From Trichoplax sp. H2 (taxonomy: Eukaryota), in contig NOWV01000202.1 in NCBI GenBank assembly GCA_003344405.1, positions 62,001-126,000 of the forward strand: a stretch of DNA of 64,000 nt, read 5' to 3'. The position numbers and the translations under genes were made by a program. This document shows, piece by piece, positions 37,801 to 50,376 of the stretch. The notes beneath the pieces were generated by a model. That model made no database searches and had not been told where the DNA came from. It worked only from the letters and a program-made list of their open reading frames with translations. Each line of letters begins with the position of its first letter. Position 1 is the stretch's first letter.

Positions 37801-39808
37801 ATGAAAGAATGTTAGAATACAAAATCCTTGTAGATGCACAGTAATTGGATGTAAGTCTGCGAAAAATATACTCTGTCATAGCTGATAAAATCCGTCAATT
37901 ATCCGGCAACTATTATGTTTTATTTTGGAAAATTTCTGTACTAATAGTGCATTTGACTACAATTTGACGGGAACAATTCTTTACTAATTCCTTTGAATTT
38001 CAGGTCCAATTTATATAATATCGATAGATTTGAATTAATTAATACATTAGCTATTTGGATGGGGAGAGTATAACGAAGAAAGTTATCAGAAATTTCATTG
38101 TAATTACCTGACAGGCCTATTGTGCAATTAAACAATATTCTTGAATTACGTAGAATAATACTAAAAATGTTTAGAATTTAAAATTGAATTAGTCAATATA
38201 ACAGTAGCATTTAAGCGCTAAAAAGAATTTCCTTCACTAATGATTCCTACTTCCGGTGATGGTCTGCGATATCAACCTTAACAGTGCCATGTTTTTCTAT
38301 CACTCCTTAAGTTAGTGATTTGATGATTACTCTAACATAAATATTTTACTAGTCAGATTGATGTCATATCATCAAAATTGCCAATTATGAAATACTCTAA
38401 ATCGTGCTTTTATCGCTCTGACAGTATAGCTTCCTAGCGTTTATCAAGCAATATACTACAGGTTATAGGAAGCTGCTTTAACTAGATAATTGGCTCTAAT
38501 ACATGTAGTCATTAAAACTGGGTATTTATAGTTAATGAGATTTTAATCTACAAAAATTGCTTTAAGTAAACCCAAAAGTTGCATCAGTCAATGTCTAATC
38601 TGACTAATTCTTGAGCATTTTATTCATACTTAATTATCAACGATTCTTCGCTGTAAACTGTACAGTTACCTCCAATCTACTTATCTTTTCAGCATTTTTG
38701 TATTTATTGATTTTTAATCATTTTCAAATAGAAATAATGGTAGCTCAGGTAATTGTAAGTTTAAATAACTATAATATCTTTTCGGTACCAGATTACTAGT
38801 AATTCTAAAATCTATGTAAAAGTTACAAACTTTGTCGACTTCTATTCTCTTTTAAGAAATAGCATAGCATCTTTTGTAGTTTCAATTACAGTTTTCGTTT
38901 GCTTACTTATTATAGCAACAGATTAATTCGTAAGGGCAATTTCTATTTTGATATATGGTAGGTCTTTCCATGATCACGATTGTTCAAGCAATAAAGTCAT
39001 AATATTTCCAACTATATTTAATATAAATTTTCGATTAGTACCAATACTGGTTGCTTTTGAGTGTTTTCGAAAACTTACTTACATGCTTTTGTATCCATAG
39101 TAAGATAGATGCTTGCTATCGTAGAGTATGGGCTATTCAATCTTTTTCTTGAAATAGTGTTATAGTGATTAAATGGCCTATAGAATAATTATTTCAATTA
39201 ATTTACAGTTAATGCCACTACTCAGATTAGTAATTATGTCAAAAAATAAAAAATAATTGTGTAAGATGTTCTACAGAGAGTAAGATATAGTGTAGCATAA
39301 TCGAACCTTTATTAATAATATCATAACGGTGAGAAATTATGATGATTTGCGATTCTGAACCTACAAAGGATATCGACAGGCTCTATTCAAATAAAATTAC
39401 AATAGCTTAGTTAAGATTGATCTTCTCAACTAGTTGACTGTATAGCAGAATTACCATCAGCTATTATCGCTTGGTTTTACCTACTATCATATCTTAATTT
39501 GTGAAAAAATCAATATCGATTGCCACTTACTTTCGATAGATATCATAATTTGGTATTAGTTGATGACACCATCATTTCCAGCATTAAGTTTTATAAATGA
39601 CAGCATAGCCTTAAAAAATTATCTATGTGGTGATAATTAATGTCAATGTAGATTTACTAAATATTCTTCGATTTTGCGATAAAGCCTGAGGCTAGTTTTG
39701 TCTACGAGAAACTGTTAACTTTTTATAATCTCCTGATAATAGAAGGTCGTCAGTATTTAGAGCCATTCTGTAGATAAATGCCGGAGAATAGGTTGGATAG
39801 TTAGCCCG

Positions 39809-40439
39809 TGTGACAGTGTTATGTACTGTATTAGAGTAGAAATATCTATGTTAGGATAATTCTGTTAGCCTATCCTTATTTAGTTAACTTCTAATTTGGA
39901 TATACTATGTTTGAATATAGCACTGACTTTTTATGACAGTGACACTTATACACATACTGAAATTAATAGTTATAATAGGGAATGCAAATCATCTACTTAC
40001 AGTTCGAATCATTGTGATTGTAATTTACTTATGGTAGATCGTAAATTATCACGGAAATGCTCCGTGATAGGACATATCGTAATCTGACTATTCTGTATTA
40101 GTCAATACATGTCTATGTTCGTAAATACTGTTGTCTGCATTAAGGGAGCAGTAGCTAAAATTAATACCTAATTCAGTAAATGATTCCAATGTTAATCGTA
40201 TTAACTATAACTCATGAACCATTGTGGAATAGTATATAAATGCAGTATATCGTGTAATAAAGTGGATTCTCAAACTTGGTGTTTAACGTAAAATACGAGG
40301 CGTTTAAGTCTTTGTGTAGTCTGCTAGTAGAGCAAAAGTGTTTGTGATAGTGCAGGTATCGTTCCTTGATACGTGGTTCAAGGAATTGACTTATTGATCG
40401 TACATTACGTTATCTTGTTGCAAAGCTATTTTTGTGACA
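39809..40439 (+). mobile_element. Solo LTR, copy 1 (631 bp, TG...CA, 5-bp TSD GCCCG)
   Basis: Begins TGTGACA and ends TGTGACA, flanked by GCCCG at 39804-39808 and 40440-40444. Internal TATATAAA (~40233) and AATAAA (~40256). Near-identical to 59881-60510. Confidence 0.85.
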
Positions 40440-40440
40440 G

Positions 40441-40617
40441 CCCGTAATAAATAATTTATGAGTATTAGTTAAGTAGACTTGTAATAATTAATTTACGAGT
40501 AGCAGTTAAATAGGCCCGTAATAATTAATTTATCAGTAGCATTTAAGTAGACTCGTAATAATTTAAGAGTAGTAATTAAGTGGGGTTGTAATAATCAATT
40601 TACTAGCAACAGTTAAG
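40441..40617. repeat. ~37-bp degenerate minisatellite (about 5 units)
   Basis: Recurring (c/t)gtaataattaatttacgagtagcagttaagtag-like unit starting immediately after solo LTR copy 1. Confidence 0.75.
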
Positions 40618-42114
40618 TTTTCTCACGGCACATTTCGATTCGTGATATCCTTATGAATATTATTATGGTAAAGATTAGTTTATCTAGACAGAGACATGTG
40701 ATGTCATAATTATCTATCACCGTGTGATAAAGTGCTTTCTCAAAGTATAAGAATTAATTATTTCTTGTAAACTTCATTTTAATATATAAGATTAGCTTCG
40801 TCTCGCAATTACCAATGATTATCTAACTTCAATTAGACTATCTCTGGATTATCTAAATTATCAAACCAATGTTCTCGATTTATTATATACAGTTCATCTC
40901 ACGATGATTTTCCTTCAAATACAATCTAGGATTGTAGCCCAAGCTATATTTTGAGCAGCACTACATACTTATATGGATGTAATGTGAGATTACACTGCTT
41001 TTTCAAGCTAAATTTTTATAGCTTTTGTAATTGTTGAAGTCGAAATTATTATCTGAAATGAAAGTTTAAATGGCAGTTTTACTGGGTGATGATATAATTT
41101 ACGGGTAGCTAAAAATAACCGAAGTAGAATTATATTATAATGTAACGTTTCTTAAAGCCTACATTTATCAATTCTATTATCTAGCGGCAAAATATCGATG
41201 AATCTAATATTTACAATCTCTTCGGTTTACTAATATTTCTCGCCGTATATACAAAGATATGGTAAAATATTTTTCTAGCGTAAGAAATTTGATCATGACC
41301 GAACTATAATACATAATTGACTGATTCATCTATCTAATTTCCGATAATTTTGTCTTTTTAAAACTATAGACAAACTGACTAGCTTCAGATGAGAATTGAC
41401 TCTAAAGCATACTAATTTACGTCAAATTGGAGGAAAGTGGTCATAAATAATGGCGAATTAGAAAAGAAATCAACTTATTATGTGCTAAAGGTATAAACAT
41501 CATTTCTAAAAATACTGAACTTCTTAGGGTCACATCACGTATACCAGTGCATTAAAAAAAATTCGTGACCAGTCTACACAGATTCGTGATTTAGTATATG
41601 GAGTTTATTATAAAGCAATAAATAAAAGAATTTTAATGTCAACAGTTTTAACCATAAGATGAAATCAACCGTAAATTGTAATTAATTGCAAGTCTAGGTT
41701 ATTTACTGTTTTCCAAGATAATTGATCGTTAGTTATAAAATTTTAAGCGATCTATACAATAGATTGCAATCAACTGGTTTCTTATTCCAACCATAGTAGT
41801 GCCTGCTGTCAAATAAAGTTCAGGTATACAAATGTAGTTCCATTTTTATCTTCTCTACGCTATAAATGATACATTAAATTGATGTATTAAATTCGAAGAG
41901 TGAAAGGCATTCTAATAAAGTATCATTGATATCGGGAAAATAAAAGTAAAACCGCTGCAAGTAGACAAAGCTGACTGGTATTGTCTGATGAATCTTAAAC
42001 AATAACTCAGTAAAAGGGATAGATCTAAATTCGAGCATCAGCCAAATAATATTAGTACAGTGATCTGCCTGAGATGGTTATTTATTTAGCGAGGAATAAC
42101 ATAGCAAAGGTACG

Positions 42115-43068
42115 TTATTTACGATAGAAGAATCTTCGAAATAGCACTTTAGTGCCATGTCGTAATCCAGAACTTTGAATATAATGAATAAACGGATTAG
42201 CTCCAGCATAGCTAAAAGCAATAAATTGTGTTGGCTGGATAATAATTGTTTGATCAATTTTGATAACATCAAAAAGAAATAGTAAGAACGTCAGGACGAA
42301 TGGCAGCCAAAACGCAGCAAACACCATGACTATAATGATAGTCTGTTTTGCCGCCCGCACATGATAGCTGCGCTCGTATGATGATCCACTTGCACGTTGG
42401 CGATGGCGTTCCATATTAATATCGTTAACTTTCAGTATTTTCCAAATTGTAGCGTAAAAAACACTAATAACAATTAATGGAATAAAAAATAACATAGCAA
42501 AAACGATGACTAAGTACAAAATGTCGCTATCTTTACGACCAAATGTAACGCAAGTGTCAATCTTATAGGGCATAAAAGTAACTAGTGGCATAAATCCGAC
42601 CAATATAGAGATAATCCAGATAACTGGTACTGAAATATAGGCAACTGTTGGTGAAGAAACTGCTTTAAAACGAAGAGGATATTTAACTCCGAGAAATCGG
42701 ATCATTGCTATAGCACATATATGCAAATTTAAGTTAACAATAAATAGGATACCAATTAATTGTGTTATAGAACATATGAATACAACTTCTCGCCAATATG
42801 GGTTTGCCCATCGTGGTGCTAAGTAAAGCAATGAGTACAATATACCACTAACAAACATGCTGCCCATTAAGACGTAGCAGCCATTTCGTAAATGCTTAGT
42901 CCTCATAATTGTTGCTAACATGATTACATTGCCTATAAAAGTAACGACGGCAATAATTGGCCATATAATGAGATAAGCTAATGGTGTAGAAGTTAAAGTT
43001 CCATTCGCTCGTGACGGCAATGTAATCGCTGAAGTCGTTATACTTAAAAATGATCTTGTTACTTCCAT
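42115..43068 (-). CDS. Rhodopsin-like (class A) G protein-coupled receptor, intronless, ~317 aa
   Basis: First ATG at 43068 (the ORF track starts at an upstream TTG). Seven hydrophobic segments. Motifs: TM1 GNV, TM3 MIRF..V.YPLRF, TM5 FFIPL..I..FY, TM6 FAAFWLPF, TM7 ANPFIH. Confidence 0.93.
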   Translation of the reverse strand: MEVTRSFLSITTSAITLPSRANGTLTSTPLAYLIIWPIIAVVTFIGNVIMLATIMRTKHLRNGCYVLMGSMFVSGILYSLLYLAPRWANPYWREVVFICSITQLIGILFIVNLNLHICAIAMIRFLGVKYPLRFKAVSSPTVAYISVPVIWIISILVGFMPLVTFMPYKIDTCVTFGRKDSDILYLVIVFAMLFFIPLIVISVFYATIWKILKVNDINMERHRQRASGSSYERSYHVRAAKQTIIIVMVFAAFWLPFVLTFLLFLFDVIKIDQTIIIQPTQFIAFSYAGANPFIHYIQSSGLRHGTKVLFRRFFYRK

Positions 43069-46000
43069 CAAGATATAATCCAATTAAACAGCGATAAGAT
43101 TGATAAAATTGTAATCGTAGAATTGTTTAGAGAAATCTTTACCCTATAATAAAGCGCTAAGATATCGAATATAGTTGAGACAGGAAATTGAGGTATTATA
43201 ACTTCATTAAATTCCCAAAATTCAGAGGATAGATCCAGGTGCCAATTTAGATTTCAGTTTTTATTGCCTTGATTTCAGTGCCAAATTAGTGATCGGTATT
43301 AAAACTATGGAAAAGATAGAGCAACATAATAGCTGTTATAGTTTAGGCTAAAACTCTGCACAAATGATCGCAATTAAGATGTTATTTTAATTTGTTAGCA
43401 AAGGGTGGCTATCACTAGCAGAAAAGGAAAAAAAGAATTAAATATTAGGGTAACCTATGATTGATATAACGTAGAGTAGTAATATTTACTTTTTAGAGAT
43501 AAAAAATTAAAAATCACCCTTGGTAGATTAACACTAGACGTTAAAATCAATTCTGCTGAAATGACAGTACGAGATTTTCTCCTTTAATTATCAAGAATGA
43601 AGGATTATGAAGTTGCATAGGCTTATTACATCGGTGACAATGTCAATGAACTCTTATTCTTTCCGATTATAATAGAAAAAAATGAAAAGAAATAGGATAA
43701 CCAATTGAAAATTAGAGAAAAATAATCTAAATTTAGTTAATCTATTCTACTTTAAGCAGTTTATAGCAATTAATTAATTATTTAATGCTTACTGATTGTG
43801 TCAACAGAATGATCAACTATTCATCAGGCGATATCTTCAGTAGGCAATAAGAGATGATAATTTTGCACTATTTTCCATTTATTCTTTGAGAATCAATAAG
43901 TATTGTTAGCCATTAAAGATGTTAAGGATATCAAATCCATTGAAGAAGGACAAGGCTGTTCAACCAACACAATCAATACTAATAAACAAAAATTACAAGT
44001 CAGTTTTTTCCCTTTGTAGGAATTTAGCACCAGAGTAATACTATAGGAATAGGTTCATTAAAATACCTTGCAAATAGTTGATACGACCTAAAATATTCAT
44101 CTTCTCTATTTTGTAATTGACGTGAAAAGACATATACTGTTTAGAAAATAATAAATTAAGAGCAGTAGGGTGCATAAAATATCAATAAACAACCTTTGAT
44201 TTGCATTTTATAGTAGTCCTATATAGAAATAAGATGATCTTTGTGACATCATATGATGACGTCTCAAAGTCTATATTTTATTCAAAATTGTGGCAATATA
44301 ATAATTTTGCCCAGGACCAAGGTTCCCCGTATGTTTTGGTCAGAGTTTTTGTTCTAATTTTTCAAGATTATTCCATACTATCCAATACCATGAACATACT
44401 CGTACTAATATTCAACGATAAAAGGAACGGTAGACTATCATGGAAAATATTTGCAAAGTTAAATTAATTTACCGTTGTGTACCTTTCACAAAATTATTTT
44501 CTATTTGATATCAATTTAAATTAAATATCATTATAAATTATATCATGATTGATGAAGTTAATATAAGCAATAGTAATGGTCAAATTGAATTGATCGTAAT
44601 TTTAATCGTCATGATGCAATAGCATCAATTGGTATAGTTTTCCTTTATTTTATTCGGTAGTTTAGGTCACACCATCAATATTAAGACAATTTTACGATTA
44701 AATTACCATATAAGTGATATTGACTACCTCATTAGAATAAGTGAAGTTCTATACGGTTGTAGATGGACATTTAGGATATATTTTTGGTACATGATGTAAG
44801 CTAAATGAGAGCGATTGTAATACTACTTTGAAAGAGATTGAAATACCTCAAAAATATTGATTTGTTGCTATCAATGATCGACGTCAAAAACGTAGCCATC
44901 TGTAAATTTTCTCAAACTTATTTACGAAATTGATTGCAATAATTCTGGTAAGAATAAAAATTATCCTTAGCAAGGATAAGACTGAAAAATATGCGTATTT
45001 CCATTTACGATCTACATTATACTCATTTCCATTTGTTTACAGATGCTACGCAACGGTTATGAATGATATTCTTTATTGATTCCGATTTCGTTGTTCACAA
45101 CCCTGCAGGTGTTGTACCGCTATTCTAAGCATTGTTTCTCTAATTTTGTAAAATGATTGGCAAAGAGTTATTCTACCGATTTACTGTTATCAAGACTTGG
45201 CTGCTACTTTTTTACAAACCAAAGGGATGAGCTTTCTTCGTAAATCATGCATTTATACGTAAATACCTAGTCGATCTTCTCAATTGGATTGGATTGAAAT
45301 AGTTTAAATGTTTATCAAAGTCATTTAACACCGAATCTACAAAGACTTTCCGCTACATCCTTTGATGGTACTATCAACTCATTATGTAAATTTGGTCGTT
45401 TCCTATTTTATTCACTAGTACATCAGTTCATTTAGAACTCTTTATGCATGAACTGGTAGCATGTTTGACGTCAGATAGAAAATAATTGACATATGCATAA
45501 GTTGGAATGTTTCCATACAACAACGGTTTGTAAACTGAATCATTTACTGCAGATTATACAATTGTCCATGATTATTCATAATAGAATTAACTTCATTTAT
45601 TCACTTTTCTAATAGTATAGTCGGCAATGTGGATTAATATCGAGTTGGCTTAGTACATGAATGGTAAAATTCGTTGCGTTAATAAAAGCTTGTAGATATC
45701 AAAGAAATATCACTTCTAGGAGAGTGAAATAGAACGGTAATTATCTTTTATTGACACTTGTGAAATCATTTACTATTCCCGCAAATTGCTAAAATTGATG
45801 GAATTACTTAATTTTCAGCAGTAATAAGTAAATGGCATCAGATATATTCTTCAAGATTATGACGATTATAAACAAATAATATGTATTGATTATATCGCTA
45901 TTTGATTCCTTAGTAGTCATAATTAACGTATATGTATGATAAAATTGGAAGAAAGGAATTCATATTGGCATTTTATAGTCTAAATATCATGCACAATACT

Positions 46001-49000
46001 CTATAACAATTGCTATAGCCATGATTTTACTTTAGAGGTGTATAGGTAAATGGCTTACAATTATATTTTACGTTACAGTCAAACTGCTCATTCCAATTGA
46101 TTAGGCAATAATTTTAAGTAAATCTATTCAGTATACGTTCACGTTTTCCATTCCTCATGACAACTTAAAATGGTGTGATCAAGGTAAGTATAACATTTAT
46201 CTTGGAAATTTATGTTTCTATTCCACATTTATGGATTTGTACTTGCCTACTATTAGAGATCTGCCCTAACAACGGATGCGATTAAAAGATTTCTTGTTGT
46301 AAATATTAAATGATTCAAACTAAAAATATTTTATTTTATAATCTATAGGAATTAGCATATACTACAGTAATAATTTTTTTACTTTCAATTTTCACTTTTA
46401 ACCATGATCTTTATTTGTCTATAACCATAATATTTACTGACAACCGTATGTCATTCAGATCGGAAGTTGAATTATTATTTGTTAAATAGACGTGAATTGT
46501 TAATCGATATTGGAGTACTTTTACTTTTGTCAATAATAAGCTATTACACGATATGAAATGGATTGAATACAAGGTTGTGCACTAATGAATAAATGATGAT
46601 CAACAAAATTGGTTACTCAGACATGAATGACATTAACCTCGACTCACTAATACAGGAAAAACGAGACTCTAAGGTATTGATCTATAGATTGATGTGAATT
46701 AGTATTTTTGTTTTCAGGTTCTGATGTGTACGCATGACCCTGTATTTGTGCTAGCGACACTAATCAAATTCTTCCGGTATTTATTGAGGGTAAATTGATA
46801 CGGATAAATAGGTACGCTAGAAAATGGTATACCACAACATTTTATTAGTAAGAAAATAAAGCGCTAAACTAAAACTCTTTGTCAAATAATATTCACATCG
46901 AATTAATCGAATTTTTTAAATAAGGTAGTATTATTAATCTTGCACTCTCTATTAAAGCTCAATTACTGAACATGTACATCATAAATATGAGCTATAATGG
47001 ATACTCTGGATTGAATATTTGCTAAAAGGTATTACCAATAGGCAATTGTATAGATGAATCATGCGAATTTTGCATTGATGACATGGCATCCTTATTCATT
47101 GAATTTCATTCTGTATTGTATCTGATATTACCAATATGACTGACTTCTAAAGCATAATACAACAATCATTTCATCTCTAAAACTCATTAGACTATTTTAT
47201 TTTAATTACTATGTCAACGTAAACCTTGCTTTTAAACTGCTAAGGCTATATTATCTAGTAAAATTTCTATTTCATAAATTGAAGTAATTTTTTCTACACC
47301 ATTTAGATTGAAGTCGCTGGCGGTGAATCTAACTTAGTATTTACCACAAAATAGTGCATATAGGTCCAATTTTTCAATGCCATTTCTTATTAGTTGCCGG
47401 TCACAGCAGAAGTAATTACTACTTACTGTCAAAAATAATATTAGGCAATATATCACGTAATTTTACGATGCTGTTATTGATAATTAGTTAAATGTCATCA
47501 CTCTTCTATAACTATTTGCTATCTGCTACGTACCAGTATCTTAAATTTTACTAAACTAAATACCCATCAGTTGATTATATTTAAGCTTGCATTTACTGCT
47601 AGCAACACATACCTTTATGGATTTAATGAAAATAACCAAAACACTGTAATTAACTTAGTATTTACACTTTAGCACATGGTAGAGCATTCATATCATAATT
47701 AATATACAATTTAGTCACTCGAGTTTATACAAATATGCCAGTATAAATATAACAATATACAACATATATAAGAACGTAATTATAAGATTATGATGATTTA
47801 AAATATTTACGAATAAATCAGCATATCATAAATTCATGATAGTTGCTGTCTTTATGGGCTACCACGAAATAACTTGATGATGGTAGTATAATGCACAATC
47901 AAGAAGGTGATTTTTTCGTTAGAACTAAAGCCACTTGCTGGCGTTAAGGTCAGATTGAACGTGTAGATAACTGTAAAAACTAAACTAAACCTGTTTATAA
48001 TTCTGTACTACCCAGGATCTCGTCACGGTGTTCGATCGTCGTGAAGTATAAATACAGTACATTGCACTGATAATTCTACAATAAATAATTAAACTAGTCA
48101 TTAGGGTTATAGACCAACTTATGCTCTTGTCACAGTACACGATCCGCAACAAGCAATAATATTACATATCTAAGCTGTTAGTGAATCTAGAATTGTAAAC
48201 TAATTCATTTTCGAGTAAGTGCGAGTGAATGAGTTAGACAGATACCTAATGTAAATGAGAGCTCAAAGATCAGATCTTGATCAACAGCTTATAGTTATAC
48301 TGAAGCTTCGCCATTGCTTCTATATTTTTCTTACCGATTGGTTAGAGTCTTTTTTATAGTATGTGTAGCATTGTTTTTACTAGATTGCGCAAATTTTAAT
48401 TCAATAATAACAAGTTTTATCTGCTATATATAATGTAGATATTTGCATAGATAATGGCATTCACTTACAATGTCATCTATCTGAAGCAATGAATGTTTGT
48501 GTGATAAATAATAAAATGCTTTACGTCTAAATAAAATTTAAATTTCGTAGTTTAGTTTGAGCAGAAATAGAGACTAATTTTGGCCTCTTGGCGATAGAAG
48601 ATCTTAAAGAATTTGAATGCAATAGTATAGTAGACAAGAATCAGAGAAAATAGCACCATGCTGTAAGTAAACTGTTTCCATCGTCCAAGCTATAGTTTGC
48701 TACATATAATAAAAATAAATATTCTGTTAAGAGCGTCATAATTAAATTTTTCAACATAATTTGCTACATAGTAAAGCTATGCCATAAAATTATTAAACCT
48801 TAAATTATCTGTAATAATTTTTGAGAACGCAATCATTATAAAGATACTTATACAATTGTTTTCTTCCTAATGAATATTAGAATTCCGTTATAATATTATA
48901 CTAGTTTGTTAATGTGCTTAATTAGTCCAGATTATAACATATTAAATGTCCATAAGAACAAAAATTCAAGAATTTAATTTGTTTGAGATGTGATCATCAC

Positions 49001-50376
49001 TGAAGTTCTAATTTGAATGTTCATTATAAGGGAAATGGTATAAAAATATCAACAGTTACCGCTTTGTTTGAATGCTTAGATTAGATTCCACTAGCATTTA
49101 CGCAGTTGAAATTTAAATTCACACGTCAACATTTGCAAGGCTCCTATCATAAAATTTTGATCACTCGTGCGAAAATGGATAGAGTGTAGATTTAAAAGAT
49201 CGCTCCAAGATTAAGTTTACTGTGTTGATGAATTGCAGCTTTTACAGTTATGTACAATAATGAATTCTATAGTATCATTTGAATCTTTACGATAAGACTT
49301 CCTAGTCTTAACTGTACGTAGATTATGGATTTATAATAAATAGTATTTGCTCGTCTAAGAGTCATCCCGAGGCATGGACTTGTAGTTATTAGCTAGCGCG
49401 AAAAGAATGCGATCTCAAGAAGTTATGCCGTAGGCTTCCGTTGGGTTTTCTCGATAATACCATTAGCAAATAACAGTTTTGCATTACCTCTACATTAATA
49501 TTCATAGCTAAAAATAAATTCTTATCACTGTATGGCATTATGATTTTATTGCTTAATAATTTAAATAATTAATTACAATATTTCTATTAAAAAAAAATTT
49601 TTTGAAGTCACTGTATTCACAATGCAGAGACCGACTGAATCATATTATTCAGCTAAAATTAATAAATACCAGCAAAATTACTTTAATCGTTTAACCAATA
49701 GCGCAACATCTGCTATGTGCAATGCTGTGTAAGTACAGTAATAGACGCCACTACATGTTCCATTTACCATGCAAAATATGATATAGGAATTAATCACTTT
49801 CTCAATAAGATCGAATTTGATTTAGTAAGATCATATAAAGTAATAAAATAAAAAATAAGGGTAATCGTAAATCACTGCATACAAGCAAAAGGCGGTTCAT
49901 TTTTCACTTGATAACGTATGATTATTCTCAATTTTAATGGTTACCATAGTTATTGCTAAATAAATTCAGCTATAGGAGGATATCAAGCATGATTTATATC
50001 TATTTTTTCCCGCATATTTAATGATTGTACTAAGGAAAAAGAATCGATTGCGACTTAATATCTAAATCCTAAGACTCGCATTTAAGTTATCAGGCAGATA
50101 AAATAACGTTAAATTAAAGAACATTGAAATGACGGCCATGATTGAAAATTATTTAATAAACAGGCCAAAAATTGATTGATTTATTGGACATAATGTCACG
50201 TACTGACTTACAATAGCATCAAAAGTCTTTATTGCAAACCTATCATAAAACTTGCACATTTAGCATATTTATCTATCCGCATAGTCTAGCTATTAACTTA
50301 ACAAAAACGATTACAATCATCAAGCTTAACAACAAGATTATTGGGATCTGAAATTGATAATTACTACCGCCATTCT

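Noticed and set aside
39896..40087. 63-aa ORF duplicated at 59968-60159
   Set aside because: It has a non-ATG start and lies inside the solo LTR, so the duplication reflects the repeat, not a gene.
40441..40617. 37-bp repeats as a CRISPR array
   Set aside because: Head-to-tail degenerate units without unique spacers, i.e. a minisatellite.
45040..45470. GPCR-like fragments (CTAILSIVSLIL, SLCKFGRFLFYSL)
   Set aside because: Too short and stop-riddled to distinguish from chance without a database search.
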